From positions 248,001 through 312,000 of the forward strand of contig NW_027272128.1 in the NCBI RefSeq assembly GCF_040938485.1: a stretch of 64,000 nucleotides of DNA. The letters run 5' to 3'. Position 1 is the first letter of the stretch. Each line of letters opens with the position of its first letter. This stretch comes from Diadema antillarum. Lineage: Eukaryota. The notes under the pieces were generated by a model. The model made no database searches. It had not been told where the DNA came from and saw nothing but the letters and a program-made list of their open reading frames with translations. Of the stretch, positions 27,101-40,874 are shown piece by piece. The translations under genes and the position numbers were made by a program.

Positions 27101-27223
27101 AATTAATCTGTATACTTTTTTGACTCACAGTGAAATCTCAATTGTTCCGATACATAATGTATGTGTGTGCATTGTTTTAATGTTATAAGCATATCTATTC
27201 CACTGTTGTAATGTTTCTGTTTT

Positions 27224-27266
<43 letters not shown>

Positions 27267-27415
27267 TTGTTTTTGTCTTTTGTTTTTTTAAGTTCATTCG
27301 AAATATTGTACGTCAGTAATGCTTTTTACGTCTCTTCCTCTTGTCTGAACAAAAGCGAAAAAAGTTGCGGACACTCAAAAAGAAGTGACCTTAAACTTGA
27401 AAACACACATACGCA

Positions 27416-27448
<33 letters not shown>

Positions 27449-28563
27449 CACACACAAAAATATAACACCGACTATAAAGTCGTAGCCTTCAGAATGTATA
27501 ATAAGAAACAAACAAGTGACGATCTGCAAACATCTAAGACAGAGAGCGCATAATTTGCAAGCACGTCCTAATCCCCTTTTGAACTGTCCTCACAACGCAA
27601 ACGTTGACAGAATACACACGGAGAGTAAACAGCCAGATTGCAGCCGTAGAAATGATCGTTGCTGGGCTGCAAAGCCTGAGAGGCAGCCATATAAATGAAT
27701 ACAATCATGCATTGCCGATTGGTAATCTCATCTTCAATTTGTAGACGTCAGCAAAGGTAAAAATGGTATATGTGAGCCGCGGAACGCTGGTCGAGGAAGA
27801 GCAACACGCATTACTTCCGTTTCAGCTGCCTCCCTATCAACTCATCCCTCTACTCACTCCATCCTCACTATCACCTCGGATAGCAACACCGTCTGCATAT
27901 ACCACGAGGTGTTGTGTTTGAAATTATTGTCGGATGGGAGCATAATAGGATATGGAATATTTTCACAGAACACAACATCGTTAGTAAGTATCAAAACGCC
28001 TTACGGCATTTTTTTTATTTTTTCATTTTTTGTATGTACAAATGTCATATTGTATTGTATACTTTTGTCGGAAATGAAATAAAATGAAATGAAATATGTT
28101 ATGTGCTTTAGCAACGTTGAGCAATTTAAAAGTTACTGCAGCGTGAAAACTGTAAGATGAAAGTTGTTGAGCTACCTGTTTTGCTCTTTAATTTTCGTGA
28201 CTTCAAGCACCCATCACATCCATAACCGTATACTGCTAAGTTTCACACGGTTATACTTGAATGCATCCTCACCTCCTCCTGGGTATTGTTTTGACAATTT
28301 TATGTATTTTTCCAACCACAATTTCCAACCTTTTACTGAGTCTTTAGCACGAAAAATAAAACGGAATAGTGCAGACCTCTTGGTGTAGCCTATGGATACA
28401 ACAGCTTAAACTTTAGACCACTAATTTAACATTCAACAGCGATAGAGTATATAGTCCTTGGTAATCCGAGAGTGAATGGTGGCTTGTCCGATATATCCAT
28501 GGTAGTTGTTGTTGTTGTTGGGTGTGTTTTTTTTTTTTTTTTTTTTGGGGGGGGGAAACAACG

Positions 28564-28609
<46 letters not shown>

Positions 28610-28630
28610 GTATGCATATTTCAACCTTAA

Positions 28631-29195
28631 AGGACAAGTTCACCTTCATAAACATAAGGATTGAGAGAATGTAGCAATATTAGTAGAACACATCATTGAA
28701 AGTTTGAGGAAAATTGGACAATCCGTTCAAAAGTTACGAATTTTTGAAGTTTTTGTGCAGTAACCGCTGGATGAAAAGACTACTGCAGTGTGTGAATAAC
28801 TTAGATGTCACATGCGTACAACAATATAAGGAAAATATAAAGAGAATTTCACAAAATTTCATCTTTTGAAAAAAGTACACATTCCCCCGACTCGTTACCG
28901 ACAAATGTTATGGGTAATATTATTCCCCCTGCCTTTAGAGAGAGTCAAGTCAAGTGCTCTTTTATTATGCGAAAAAAGTGAAAATATGTTGAATTTTCTT
29001 TACATTTTCTTTATACTGTTGTACGCATATGACTCACAAGCAGTAGTCTCCTCATCCAGCGGTTCCAACACAAAAATTTTAAAAATGCATAACTTTTGCA
29101 TCGATTGTCCAATTTTCCTCAAACTTTCACTGATGTGTTCTACTAATATTGTTGCATTCTCTCAATCCTTATGTTTATGAAGGTGAACTTGTCCT
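28631..29195. mobile_element. Non-autonomous DNA transposon with TTAA target and long TIRs (Kolobok-like)
   Basis: TTAA|AGGACAAGTTCACCTTCATAAACATAAGGATTGAGAGAATG ... CATTCTCTCAATCCTTATGTTTATGAAGGTGAACTTGTCCT|TTAA; imperfect inverted similarity extends for over 100 bp. Confidence 0.8.
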
Positions 29196-30559
29196 TTAAC
29201 AAAAATTTCCTCATATCAGAGAAATCACTAAAAAACAGAGTAAAGTCTTCCCTTCTGATGTTTAAATTCTTTATGGAAACTTTGATAATTATTTTGCCTT
29301 TCAAATCCAACAAGCGATATATGCAACGCCTCATCTTATCTTTGCGTAGGCCTATATTTAGTAGTCCCTAACTGTTGATAACATATTCATTTGTAAGTCA
29401 GGCAGAAATTATATACATGGGTGATTAAAACAGATCCCTGCATTTCCAATCTGTAAATCTGATCATTTACCCAGGGCCTATACATGTATCATACACCAAT
29501 CACAATGTCAGAAGGACCGCGGTGTTTTTCTTAATCACTTAAAGTGCAAAATAACACTCCAAGTTAGAGTAGATTTTGTAAAATGAGTAAAAACAGCTAG
29601 AATAGTCGATTTTTTGTAATCAAAACCGGAAGTAATTTTTTTTAAACACAAAAAAAAACATGGAATTGAATATACCTCATAATGCAAATTAAAAGAAACA
29701 GTGATAACTTTTACTTTCGACGGTTTGCAAAAATCTGACACAGAAGCAAGCATATGATTTTTTGATCGATAATAATCAAAACCAATTTCCCCTCAAGTTT
29801 TTAATTGCTAGATTATAACCCTATGAAAATTTGACGAGAATGCGAGTTAAATTTTGATCTATTTCATATCAAAAGGAAATGTAGAAATAATCTATTGAGC
29901 ACAATATAAAGTGTGAGACTTCTATAAGAAGATGCACATCACCAAAGTAGTACGAATAATAATGTAATGTTTGAGGGTGGGTTTTTTTTTTTTTTTGTAG
30001 AGGGTGGTCGTTTTCTCTCTTTTTTTTTTCTTGTTTGATGTCATTTACAGCTGCAAACACTTTAACTTGCTGTATGCGATTAAAAGGAAATTAATACAGT
30101 AAATAATCATTTCTTTTGTGAAAGTGCATATGAATACCATTGTGAAATAAATGATTCAGATTCAATTTATATTCATTTTTCGACAAAAGCATATAGACAT
30201 CACTTTTTGGTAACAGAAAATAAGGTGCGTAAAACTATATAAGGTGCTTAAAACTATGTAAGATGAAAAGAGTGTTCAATATAAATTGTATAACCCTACG
30301 ATAATCATTCATTGTCATCAAATTCAATATCACACAATAATGTATATAGGCACAGTATAATACGCCGTCAATGAGTTATACCTTTTAAACAAATACTTAT
30401 TATGATACAATGGTGATAAACTTATTGTTTTAATATTTTTTTTGTGTGTGTCCCACTAACCCCTTTTATTGTACTTTAAACTTAGTTTTACCTACGGTGC
30501 GTCATTACAGTAATTACACAATTAATTCATACGGGTTTTTTTTTTCTTGACTTAATTCA

Positions 30560-30771
30560 CTTCGGCCATGCCGATTTTAGTATATGTCAGTCTCGTGTCT
30601 TAAGCGTATTGTTTTGTGTATGTGTGTTATACTGGTGTGTGATTTTTATGAAGTCTATTGTACTCCAGGGTTTTATCATTGTATTTGTTCACAGGGCTCC
30701 CCTGGAAAGTAGTTTAGAAACTGAGGGGTCTACCCTGTTTAAATATGACAGAATAGATAAATAGATAAATA
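30560..30771 (+). mobile_element. Probable 3' tail of a CR1/L2-type LINE
   Basis: T-rich stretch, then stem-loop CAGGGCTCCCCTGG...GAGGGGTCTACCCTG, then a short tandem tail (ATAGATAA repeats). The architecture resembles L2/CR1 3' ends; no ORF is left. Confidence 0.45.
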
Positions 30772-32960
30772 CAGTCATGGTTAATATGTTTACGAAATAA
30801 TTAGCCATGCATGATGCACGCGTTGTTGGGATTTCATCCAGAAATGACGGAAAGACAGACGACTAAGTTAGTACACTCAGCTAATTTATTTTAATGATAT
30901 TGTGAATAGCGAACCTTTTTTCAAAGATATTTTATAGTTGTGATAGATTTTTGAGAGCGAAAATCTACTAAATTAACCAAACCTCGAGGCATTGCATGAA
31001 TTGCGGCCATCATGAAAAGCTACCTTTATAGATCCAACACACTGAGTGGCAGTAAATGTATAAAGGCCTATTAACTTTTCAGTGTATAAGGAAAATGCAA
31101 ACCATGCATGAAGTATCAGTTCGATGTGAAGTCATCATCTTTGATTTTCAAACATCCTCCAAGTGATTTCCGCTTTCAAAGCCATCTCTATAGCGGCCGT
31201 GTGTAAATAGGCCAGTGTATTATTGATGATGGCAATCCTGTATTATGCCAGTGGATATCTAGTAACAGAGCAGAATCCATCAACCTCGAAGCCTCGAAAT
31301 GTCTTTACTGTATTATTCAAATTCATCGAAGAGACACGACAAAATAATAAAACATGCATTCTCACCATATCATAGATTAATGATGGTAGGTGTTGTTTTT
31401 TTCTTCATATCTTATTCACCATGCTTGCCTCTGTGTGTGTCAGATGCACAAAATTCATAATAATGATGGTGCTATATATAAAATACTTAATGTATAAGTA
31501 TACATTTCAATTAATTTGTTAACTTTCCATTTCATTTTTAATCTAAACATCATCCATTCTGTCTGTTCATTATGTTCATTAATACAAAGTATTAAGCACA
31601 CACACATACACGAAATAGTCTTGGGGAAATATCAATAATGTATACCACTATACATATCTCGTAAAATGCATATGAAAGCAAAAACATCCAGGTTCCAGCA
31701 TTAAGAATCATGAACAGGGTCCATTGACCGGAACTTGTCGCTTCAAAATGCATGGAGATCATTACATTCGAAAAAGAAATCGGAATATTATACCATTATG
31801 ACGTCCTCAAGAAAACAATAGCATGAACTCGCAGGCTCATCCCCACTTAATAACTAGTGTATAGATTTGCGTTTCTGTCAAGTTTACTCCATGGACCGTT
31901 TGATAATTACCTAATGTATGCTTATTTGTACACAAACACAGACATACAAACACACACTAGCACACACACACACACACACACACACGCACTCATTGCAAGC
32001 AAAGAAACGCTTTTTTTCACGCACCTGCTAAAATTTTCAGAGGACTAGCCTGTAGCCATAATGGTAGACCTTTCACTTTTCCTGCATGCCAAACAATATA
32101 GGTTTTGATCAGTGTCGATGTAATTACATCAGAAATATATAGCATACTATATAGTATGCGCTTCCCCAGCACCCAGCCTGTATCGCGTTGCATGCTTTAT
32201 CCATTATTTCACTCTAGATTGTGCATGGTCTCTTTGGATTTCAGGCAAAGATAGCCCCTGGGCAGATCTCCGATTTTGCAGGCAATCGTGCACTTCATTC
32301 AATTCGTCTCATCAGTACATGTATATGGTCCGCAGTTTTCATTCTGAGGAAGTTCATAAATTAATTGACCCTTGACCTGAAGAACTGACATGTAACCCTT
32401 TTCGCACACGACAAATATTTTTTCCAGATTAATTCTAGCGAGCAGCGACACAGATATAATATTATAAGAAACAACTGCATAATACATGAGGATTGGGAAT
32501 ATAATTTCTTATCGACCAATATCAATCTTATACCTCCATGCTACTCTCAAAAAGTAGAATGACAATACTGCTTAGAATGACTTGCTTAGTATACATGAAT
32601 GTTTTGTTGGGTTGCAATAATATACCTCGTGATGAGGACCAAGGGAAGGTTTGAAGATGATAAATCATTACTCCCAAAACAAACTAACAAACAAACGTGA
32701 TTTGATGAACAAACATAATTGATTAGTAGATATGTATTCTCTTTATCTGAGGTCAACTTGCAAAACAGCGGTCTTGATGGTCATACAACATTGAATAAAG
32801 CAAACTCTGTTTTCAGACTCTTCCGAATGGTATCCACGAGTATGAATTTCTTTATTTCTATTTACGCTGTCATTCTACGGTGACCCTTGTGTATGCCATC
32901 GCGTTTAAAGGTCTTACAGATGAATGAAAGTAGAGCTCCATCTCCGGAGGGTAAAAACGA

Positions 32961-33054
32961 TTTTGTTGTTATTGTTGTTGTTGTTGTTGTTGTTTCCGAA
33001 GTAAATCCAAAGACCGACAAGCATTATCATGGTCAAGGAGTTATTTTGTTGTTT

Positions 33055-33105
<51 letters not shown>
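32961..33105. repeat. (TTG)n microsatellites
   Basis: Two TTG/GTT runs at about 32961-32995 and 33050-33105. Confidence 0.9.
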
Positions 33106-36100
33106 GTACGAGTTCAACTCGTATCGACTCTCGTCTTGAAGGTGAAGTGCATCGATTACGATTTCAGATCGGATGCCGAACAGATTCGAATGGTAATTTA
33201 GCAGATTGGATTATTCTGTTTATGATGTAATGTTGATGGAGATCAACGGACGCAGGCGTCAATGGATTCAAAACTCTCCAAATAAACCAATAAAGCTTAA
33301 TGGATTTTCGTGTCGTGACAAACGCACCGTGTTGCTCCGGGTCCGCGTTCAGCTTTTACCAACGCATTTTTATTGTCATTATGAATGATCACTGACCTGA
33401 TACTGGTATTGCACGTGTTCGTGGATCCTCGATGCATTAACGATGTATTTGCATCCTATAAAGATCGTCCTTGCACGGCCATCAAGGGTGCTACCGAGCA
33501 TGAGTAAAATCACCCTTGCCACCCCCATCCACTCTGGAGAATTGGTTCTCTTCCTTGGACAAGTTAGGAACCCTTCCTGATATTTACCAATGTTCTAGAG
33601 AAGGTTGGATACCGGGGTTAGAATGCTATCATTTTGTCTTGACGCTAAAACTCAATGCCATGCGCTGCCAAGCACATAATTACCCAAGATGTGTAATGTT
33701 TGGAGTCCATGATGATTTGTTGGGGCTGTGAAATACCTATCCGTCAATGTCAGTCCTCATCGTGGCTGCTCATTCATTTTGTTATGTATACAAACCGAGT
33801 TTTCAAGCATGGCTGCATTCGTACAAAGACTTCAATATTTATGGCTATATATATTACAACGCCCTACGCTATACCAATTCCCCATCACCCCACCCCATGT
33901 ACCCTTCCCATCACTGCCCTGGGGCAATGGAAGTGGTTGCCATAGCAACGATACGCTTCACATCCAGGCTTGTCCCAATTCTGTGCCGTTGATCTCATTA
34001 TTATATTGTTGGAAAAAAATAGAGTTGGATGTCACTGCTGAGCGTCTCGGCCTTCCTCAGCTCGTCTCCCTGTGTCCCAGGTAGAATTAAGAAGGTTTCA
34101 CTAAAGTCTAGAAACTATAAAAGAAGCCTCGGCTAGCGTGTCTAAGCCAGTCAGATTGGCCTCATTTTACCAGAGGTACGGAAAGAATGAATGGAACTTT
34201 CAGTTGTAAGGCTTCTTCATTTCTCTTTTCCTCCATTTTCCGTTTTTTTTTTTATCTCCTTTGGAATGGAAATTGAAAGGCATATATTTTTGCAGTATAA
34301 AACTTACCGGGTATATAATCATGTACAATGTACATGCCTGCGGTTGCTGTGTTCTGGTCGAGTGGAGCTGTGGACAAGGGTGTAGGCATATAGTCTCACT
34401 TCAAAAAACAAACAAACAAACAAACAAACAAACAAACAAACACTATAAATGCTAATAAATCTTTCTCATGATTAATGTTTCATAGGCCTTACATCATGGG
34501 CCAATGGAAATTGAGAAGCATGCATGTATTTTGTATAGTTAAAAACTTATCGGTTATATAGATTTTACGGCTGCGATAGAGTAGCACACACGCGGCCCCC
34601 TTTGCCACGTATAATCGCTTTTAGAGGTCATCACAATTAAGATCAAAATGATTTGATACGAAATACTAGTATACATCATGATCTTCTGCTGATCAATCTC
34701 ATGCCAAGAAGGAGAAAGTAGGCTATATAGATTTCGAAGGGTCCTACAGTCCAATGGGAGACTTGTGACCGGGTGATAACATCGTCAACTCTGCTGATTT
34801 GACTATGTAGTTGCAATCAGTGATTTATGACAACATCAGAGTCTTTAATGCTAAAATTTCCATCTTTTCGGTGTTTACGATGTTTATTAAACCTTTATAC
34901 CACACACCATTTTGTTTTAGCTTTACTTAATTCATTACAGCCAACATTAAAAATGATGAGACATTGAACACCTTTAATGATGCGTTGTCCATAGCACTTC
35001 CTAATAACACGTACTGTTTGTTTCAGTTTTTCTATATCAGGTTTGCAATACCGTCACCTGTCATAAAATTCGCTGTGAATACGGTTTCCGATAACCCTTG
35101 CAACAACTACAGCTTTAAGCTGTTCTATTTACATGCATGCGTTTTGTTCGTCCGCCGATGATAATACGGTGCGTCCCGTAGCCTAGCGATTGGCGTACAC
35201 ATGTTTACTCTTTACCTCGAGAGGGGGCACAGGTTCACCTGTTCTGAAAACAGAAGTTCTGATTTCACGTACACTGTATCGTCTGCAAATGTCATGCGTT
35301 TCGCATGGCTAGGTTATCTTTGGTGTGGACAGCGCGATATGACGACGAATCTAGTATAACTACGATTTCTGAAGACGCCTAAGCGGGATATATGCTGTTG
35401 TTTGCATTGGTACCTTCCTTGCATTTTGTGAACACTGATACAGTCACAAGGATTGACAGTTGACGCTCCCATGATCTTGCTTGTTGATGCTGTTTGGTAT
35501 ATCATACACCATTTTCCAGGCATCTACATATACCTGATGGTAAGAACGCGACATTTCACTCATGGTTTGCTGTGCAGTGGAAGTATATGGATTAATTGCC
35601 TTTTAACAATTCTTGCACAGGACAAATTCTGTATATAGCACACTAATCCGCCTAGAGGCATTATGTGCAAAATGTTCTGCACAGAAATCGCCGTGCCATA
35701 TACAGTTCATATAGATGATGTTTCATACATAGAATTTGAGACATGTTTGATTTCGTTTCACAGCACGTGTATTGTCAAAGTAGAATATTGATTTTCATCT
35801 GGAAATGTGACTAGACTATTCTCAAAGCCTCTAAATAATGTGAAAGCATTATACAGGAATTGGCTCTCACAAATTGACTGGTTCGAAGTAGTTAAAACTA
35901 GATTAAATTGTTATTGTTTTACGGATCTGATTCTGATTAAAGATCTGATAACCATAAAGTTTATGCTATACAGTTTAATAAGACTTTATGGACATGAGAT
36001 ACAAAGGAGAGCTCCCATGCTCTTCCCGTATAAACTGCAACAATGGGCAACAGGGTATGTGATGACAGTCATTACAAAGGTAGTAAATTTTGTCGTAAGA

Positions 36101-39100
36101 ATGATCTATATAATGTGCATCCATTAATTCTGTCGCATATTTGTTGTCTCTCCGGAAATTTAGATTTGATAAGATTAATAGTTTTCTGCATTTATGACAA
36201 ACAGGAAAAGGAACGCTTGAACCCTCTCATTCTTTCTTCCAATTTATTTGTTTGTTTGTTTTTTTCTCTTTAAATGTATATATCTGATAGGAATACAATA
36301 CAAATAATGTATTTCTATAATAGTTACATTGTTTCTTTGTGTATGCATGTGTTTCAGTGCACCAATCTTATGATAGATCTTTAACCTGTAAATATCAGCA
36401 TTTATAGGCTTCTAACTGACTGTGTATTGTGTCTGCTTAGACACGAAGAGTGCTGATGACACCATCTTATACAAGACAGTGGTGCAAGGGTGGAGAAATA
36501 GATGATTCAGAATGTTTCTATAGGAAGCAGTTTTGTAAATGCTAAACATCGCTCATTTTCTATATAGGAGCGGATGACAAAGAGGCAAGGCGATCTCCCC
36601 CAGCATTGTTGTAACCTTGGTGTGTCGTTCACAATATCCCATCACTCGGTTCACGGTGCTCGCACAAAACATTTTGCCCGTCAGACATTAATAATGTTTT
36701 TGACTTCATGCAGAAGTCGAATTCAATATTCATGCAGCATCAACGAAACTGGTCGTCTTTGATACCCAGGGTAGCCTCATTCCCACAGAGCTCTGTCACT
36801 ATGAATTGTTACCGCATACATACCTCATTATTGCCATGGTTACCAGGGAGTAAGTTCTACACCTTGGTCCAAAGGGATATCGTGTAGATACGAGGGCCTT
36901 ATCAATCAGTACTTATACTCTTCACTTTTCTCTCTTTTTTTTCTTTCTCTTTTTTTTCTTTCTCTTTGTTACTTGCTGTTTTAGCTTTCAAAATAGTTTC
37001 GTTATTAGTACTTTGTGTCCTATCTCCATTGCAAAACAAATTTACATTGATACTTTTTTTCCTGGAACACGAGGTTACAAGCTTTGCTTTTGCGGTTCCT
37101 TCGTATTTCACGTGTTATAGATAATTTATCGTCCTTTATGTATACATATATATACATATATATATTATGCTGACACACTTTCTTTTAATTACCAACCTTA
37201 TTTCATATTTTGTATTTTGCTAATTGCTTATTTGTATTTTTGGTTCTTTTTTTTTGTTAAGTACATGTACAGATGTGTTGTGAAATATGAAAATAAACAG
37301 CTGGAACTGTTCACTGTGTCTCAAGTGTAAGACCAGTGCAGTTTCAGCAATTCATTTCAAAATTTTAAAAAAAAATCCACTGATGGGCAAGACTCGAACG
37401 CAGAGATATCTCGTTCAAGAGCGTTTAGAGCAATTAATATGCACCACCATCCATAGTTTCAAGAAAACAGAATAATATGATTTTAATACTTGATTTGCCA
37501 TATACTATCTAGACTGATATTCATCCTCGCGTAATGTCCAGGGAAGCCTGGATTTTTTTCCCCAGGGGACTGCTAAGTGTCAGGTTAGACGATGCTAAAT
37601 ATCGAAGCGGCACTGGTAAAGCACGGATGCAAAAATTGGAAGTGTTCCCGTTCTAAAATCAATTTATTTGATTAACCACACAACAGAGATCCAGGGCATA
37701 ACCGGTATATCAATATATCATCACATTATTGTTATTCACGGGAACTTAATGAGCGTAATGCGTGCCATAAAGGACGAGAAAATAATAAGGAAAATCGTGT
37801 ATATAAGGTTAAAATTGACTTGTTTAATATTCCAAGGACGTTTGTAGTGCCCAGGGCTTTCTAATTGCTCGCTGCATGACGCACTTAACGGATTAACAGT
37901 TGTTGCGTGGTCTTGAATGTTCATAAAAACGAGACAGGGTCAGTCAATGGCGGCGATTTCATGTAAGGAGTGGAGGTGTTGAGGCGGAAAACCGAAGGCG
38001 AAATTATAGTTTTAGACATGGTTATTGTTAGATATACGCTGAATTTTCGCGGTAGTTTTATTTTCGCAAATAGGCTTTTGATCATGAAAAAGGGGTAATA
38101 TAGGCCTAACACTGCGTATATATTATGTACAAGTATAATTATGTAAAGTGAGAAATTAACAACTCACGAAAATAACAGTCTGATCATCTGACTTTCGCGG
38201 AAATGTATACGCGAAAATATCAGCGTGTACAGAATGCGTCTTAATAATGTGAACATGTTTTGTCATGGTTTTTCAACATGGGAGCCCTGCCTTTGTGCTG
38301 GTCAACATGTCAGACTTGTATTGCTAAATGATTCTGAACTTTTTGTGGTGTCACAACATTCATTTCTCTTTATAATCCAATCAAATTACTCTCTTATCGA
38401 CCCAATTCTGCATTGTGACGTCAACATGTTGTCATTTGTTTTCCCACTACTCGTATAGCTGATACGATCTCACCAGTTTATTAATCAATTTGGTCTTTGA
38501 CGTACAATGTGTTGTCGACATGACGCATATACGCAATAAGGTACATTGTGTACTTTGCTTTTAATTCCACCAATATCAACACACTGTTCGCCATGAATAT
38601 TTTGTAACCTGCTTTCAATCTGAAATCCTTTTTTTTTTCTTTAAATAGGATGATTCGCCTGATCCTTCTCCATGAGAAGAAAGTCGAGGAGCCACGGAAG
38701 AATTCCCTGCACGCTTTATAGTCATAACGTGCGTTCCACCTCAGTGAGCTCATTGCAGTTCACTGCTCAGTCGTCGGATTGAGTACCACGTAGCTTCAAG
38801 AGAGTGCTGCCAGTTAAGTGTCAACGAGCAACACAAGTCACGAGCACGAATCAGTGCCCGGACCCATTTTATCGCCGTATCTTCGAGGAAACAACCAAAG
38901 GACGACATTCATACATTCATGTGTGCCTGAATTCGTGGGATTTCCCCCCAAAAATGGAACAGAACAGACTGTCACCAACTTGATTGACTGATTTGTAGTC
39001 GTTACTCGAAAAGCGGGTGGAAGTTTTCGAATGAACAGTACCGTCGACGCTCCTTGAAAAGCAGGACAAGCAGACGACAGTGTGAAATCGAGCGTGAGAA

Positions 39101-39116
39101 CGTGGTCGCTGTTACC

Positions 39117-40798
39117 ATGGTGTCCGCCGAGAAGGAGACAATACGGGTCAGTATATTTTATCTTCCTCTTCTCTTTCTTTCCTTAATAGCTCAGTGGATC
39201 GGGATATTGTTTGCCAACCCGAGTCAATGAAAGTGAAAAATGTGCGATGCTAACCCAGGGGTTCCACAGACAGACACAGCCCTATAACATTGTGAAGTGG
39301 AAGCAGGGAGCTCGAAAAATGACAACATGATTCTATATTGTCCTTTATTTGCGATGTCCACAAAGAAAAGATCTATTGCAACTAATCAATTACAAGTCAT
39401 CAAGATAAGATTATTTTTAAGATATTATATAGTCTGACGATAAAGGCATATGAGCATAGTTTTCTACGTTTCTGAGTCATCATATCAAACTTATAGCTTC
39501 GTGCAAACCGAGTTTATACTACGATCCCATAGCGCCAACCGAGCGTGCGACGGTCAATAATGCCGACAATACACCCCCTGGAGTGATCGTATCTCAACCT
39601 GACCAGTATACTGCAGATTTGCCGATTTCATTTCCTGCAAAACGTAACCTTACAAACCCAAAATAAACCTTATCATAAGGGTATGAGGATTCGAAATGAG
39701 TTAACGTGCATTCTAACTATACGGCTACAAGACTGAACCAATGCCATTGACCATGTCAATGGCAAAGAATGTCCAGCCAAGTATCGATTTTCTTTCCGCT
39801 ATGTCCGCCTGTGTTTGATATCGCGACGAGATAATCGATACTATCGCGGTCGTTTTCAAAAGGCTTCATCACAACGAGCTTATGACAACGCAACATGTGG
39901 TGTGGATGAAAACGTTGTTTTTGGAGTCTGTACTCACCGACAACAGATCGAAACGGAGGACATGAGTGAATGGTCACATTAATTGATTCTTCTTCGCTGC
40001 GTTCAAATTGCGTGTTCAGGATAGAAATGCCCTCTTTCATTTTGATATCAATCTTACTCTCTATTTTCGTATCAGTGGTATATTATTATTGCTGATTGTT
40101 AAAAAAAAAGAAAAAAAAAGAATACAGCATAGCTATAATATTCCAAAGATGTATGCGGGCATGAAATAAAGTTATTCTTGTGCCGTATGAGATTTTCAGT
40201 GACAGCAGCTTCAAAATTTATAAGTGTATGGGGGATTAAGAAGGGCAAGGAAATGAAGAGTTAAGTGTAAGGATGTTTTTGGTTGTCAAATTAAATCGTA
40301 TAAAGATATAAAATGCTGTGATAAGAGAGACAGAGATGAGACGAGGGTTCTCACTGAATCGTAGGAGCTTAACAAAACGGCTGTTGGGTATACCAATAGA
40401 TTGAGCTTCTCGCAGTGAATAAAAATTGTAGATGAGACGTGCTTGATTAGCTGCGGTGCACACAAACACATATACACACACAAACAAATTCATAAAAATA
40501 CACAAACACACACCCGCATACACGGAGGACACCATAATACGCACATAACGACATACAATTACAATATTATTGTTAGAAGACTGTACTTATATACCACCTA
40601 CCCCCATACGCTTTGTTCATGCCTGAGGAAATCGATTAAAACTTGATTTGATGAATTATTAAACAAAATCGCTCAAAAGACATCGATCGGATATCTGTCC
40701 GTGCGTGTAGTCGAGCCAGCCTGTCCTCATGACCCCGTAGGCTGCCTGGAAACGACGGAGTATTGATTTCGTTATATATATAATCAACTGACCAATCT

Positions 40799-40874
<76 letters not shown>

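Noticed and set aside
32914-33201. Poly-Q/poly-N and poly-L/poly-V ORFs
   Set aside because: Translations of (CAA/TTG)n microsatellites; the same applies to the many HT/CV/YI dipeptide ORFs in the track.
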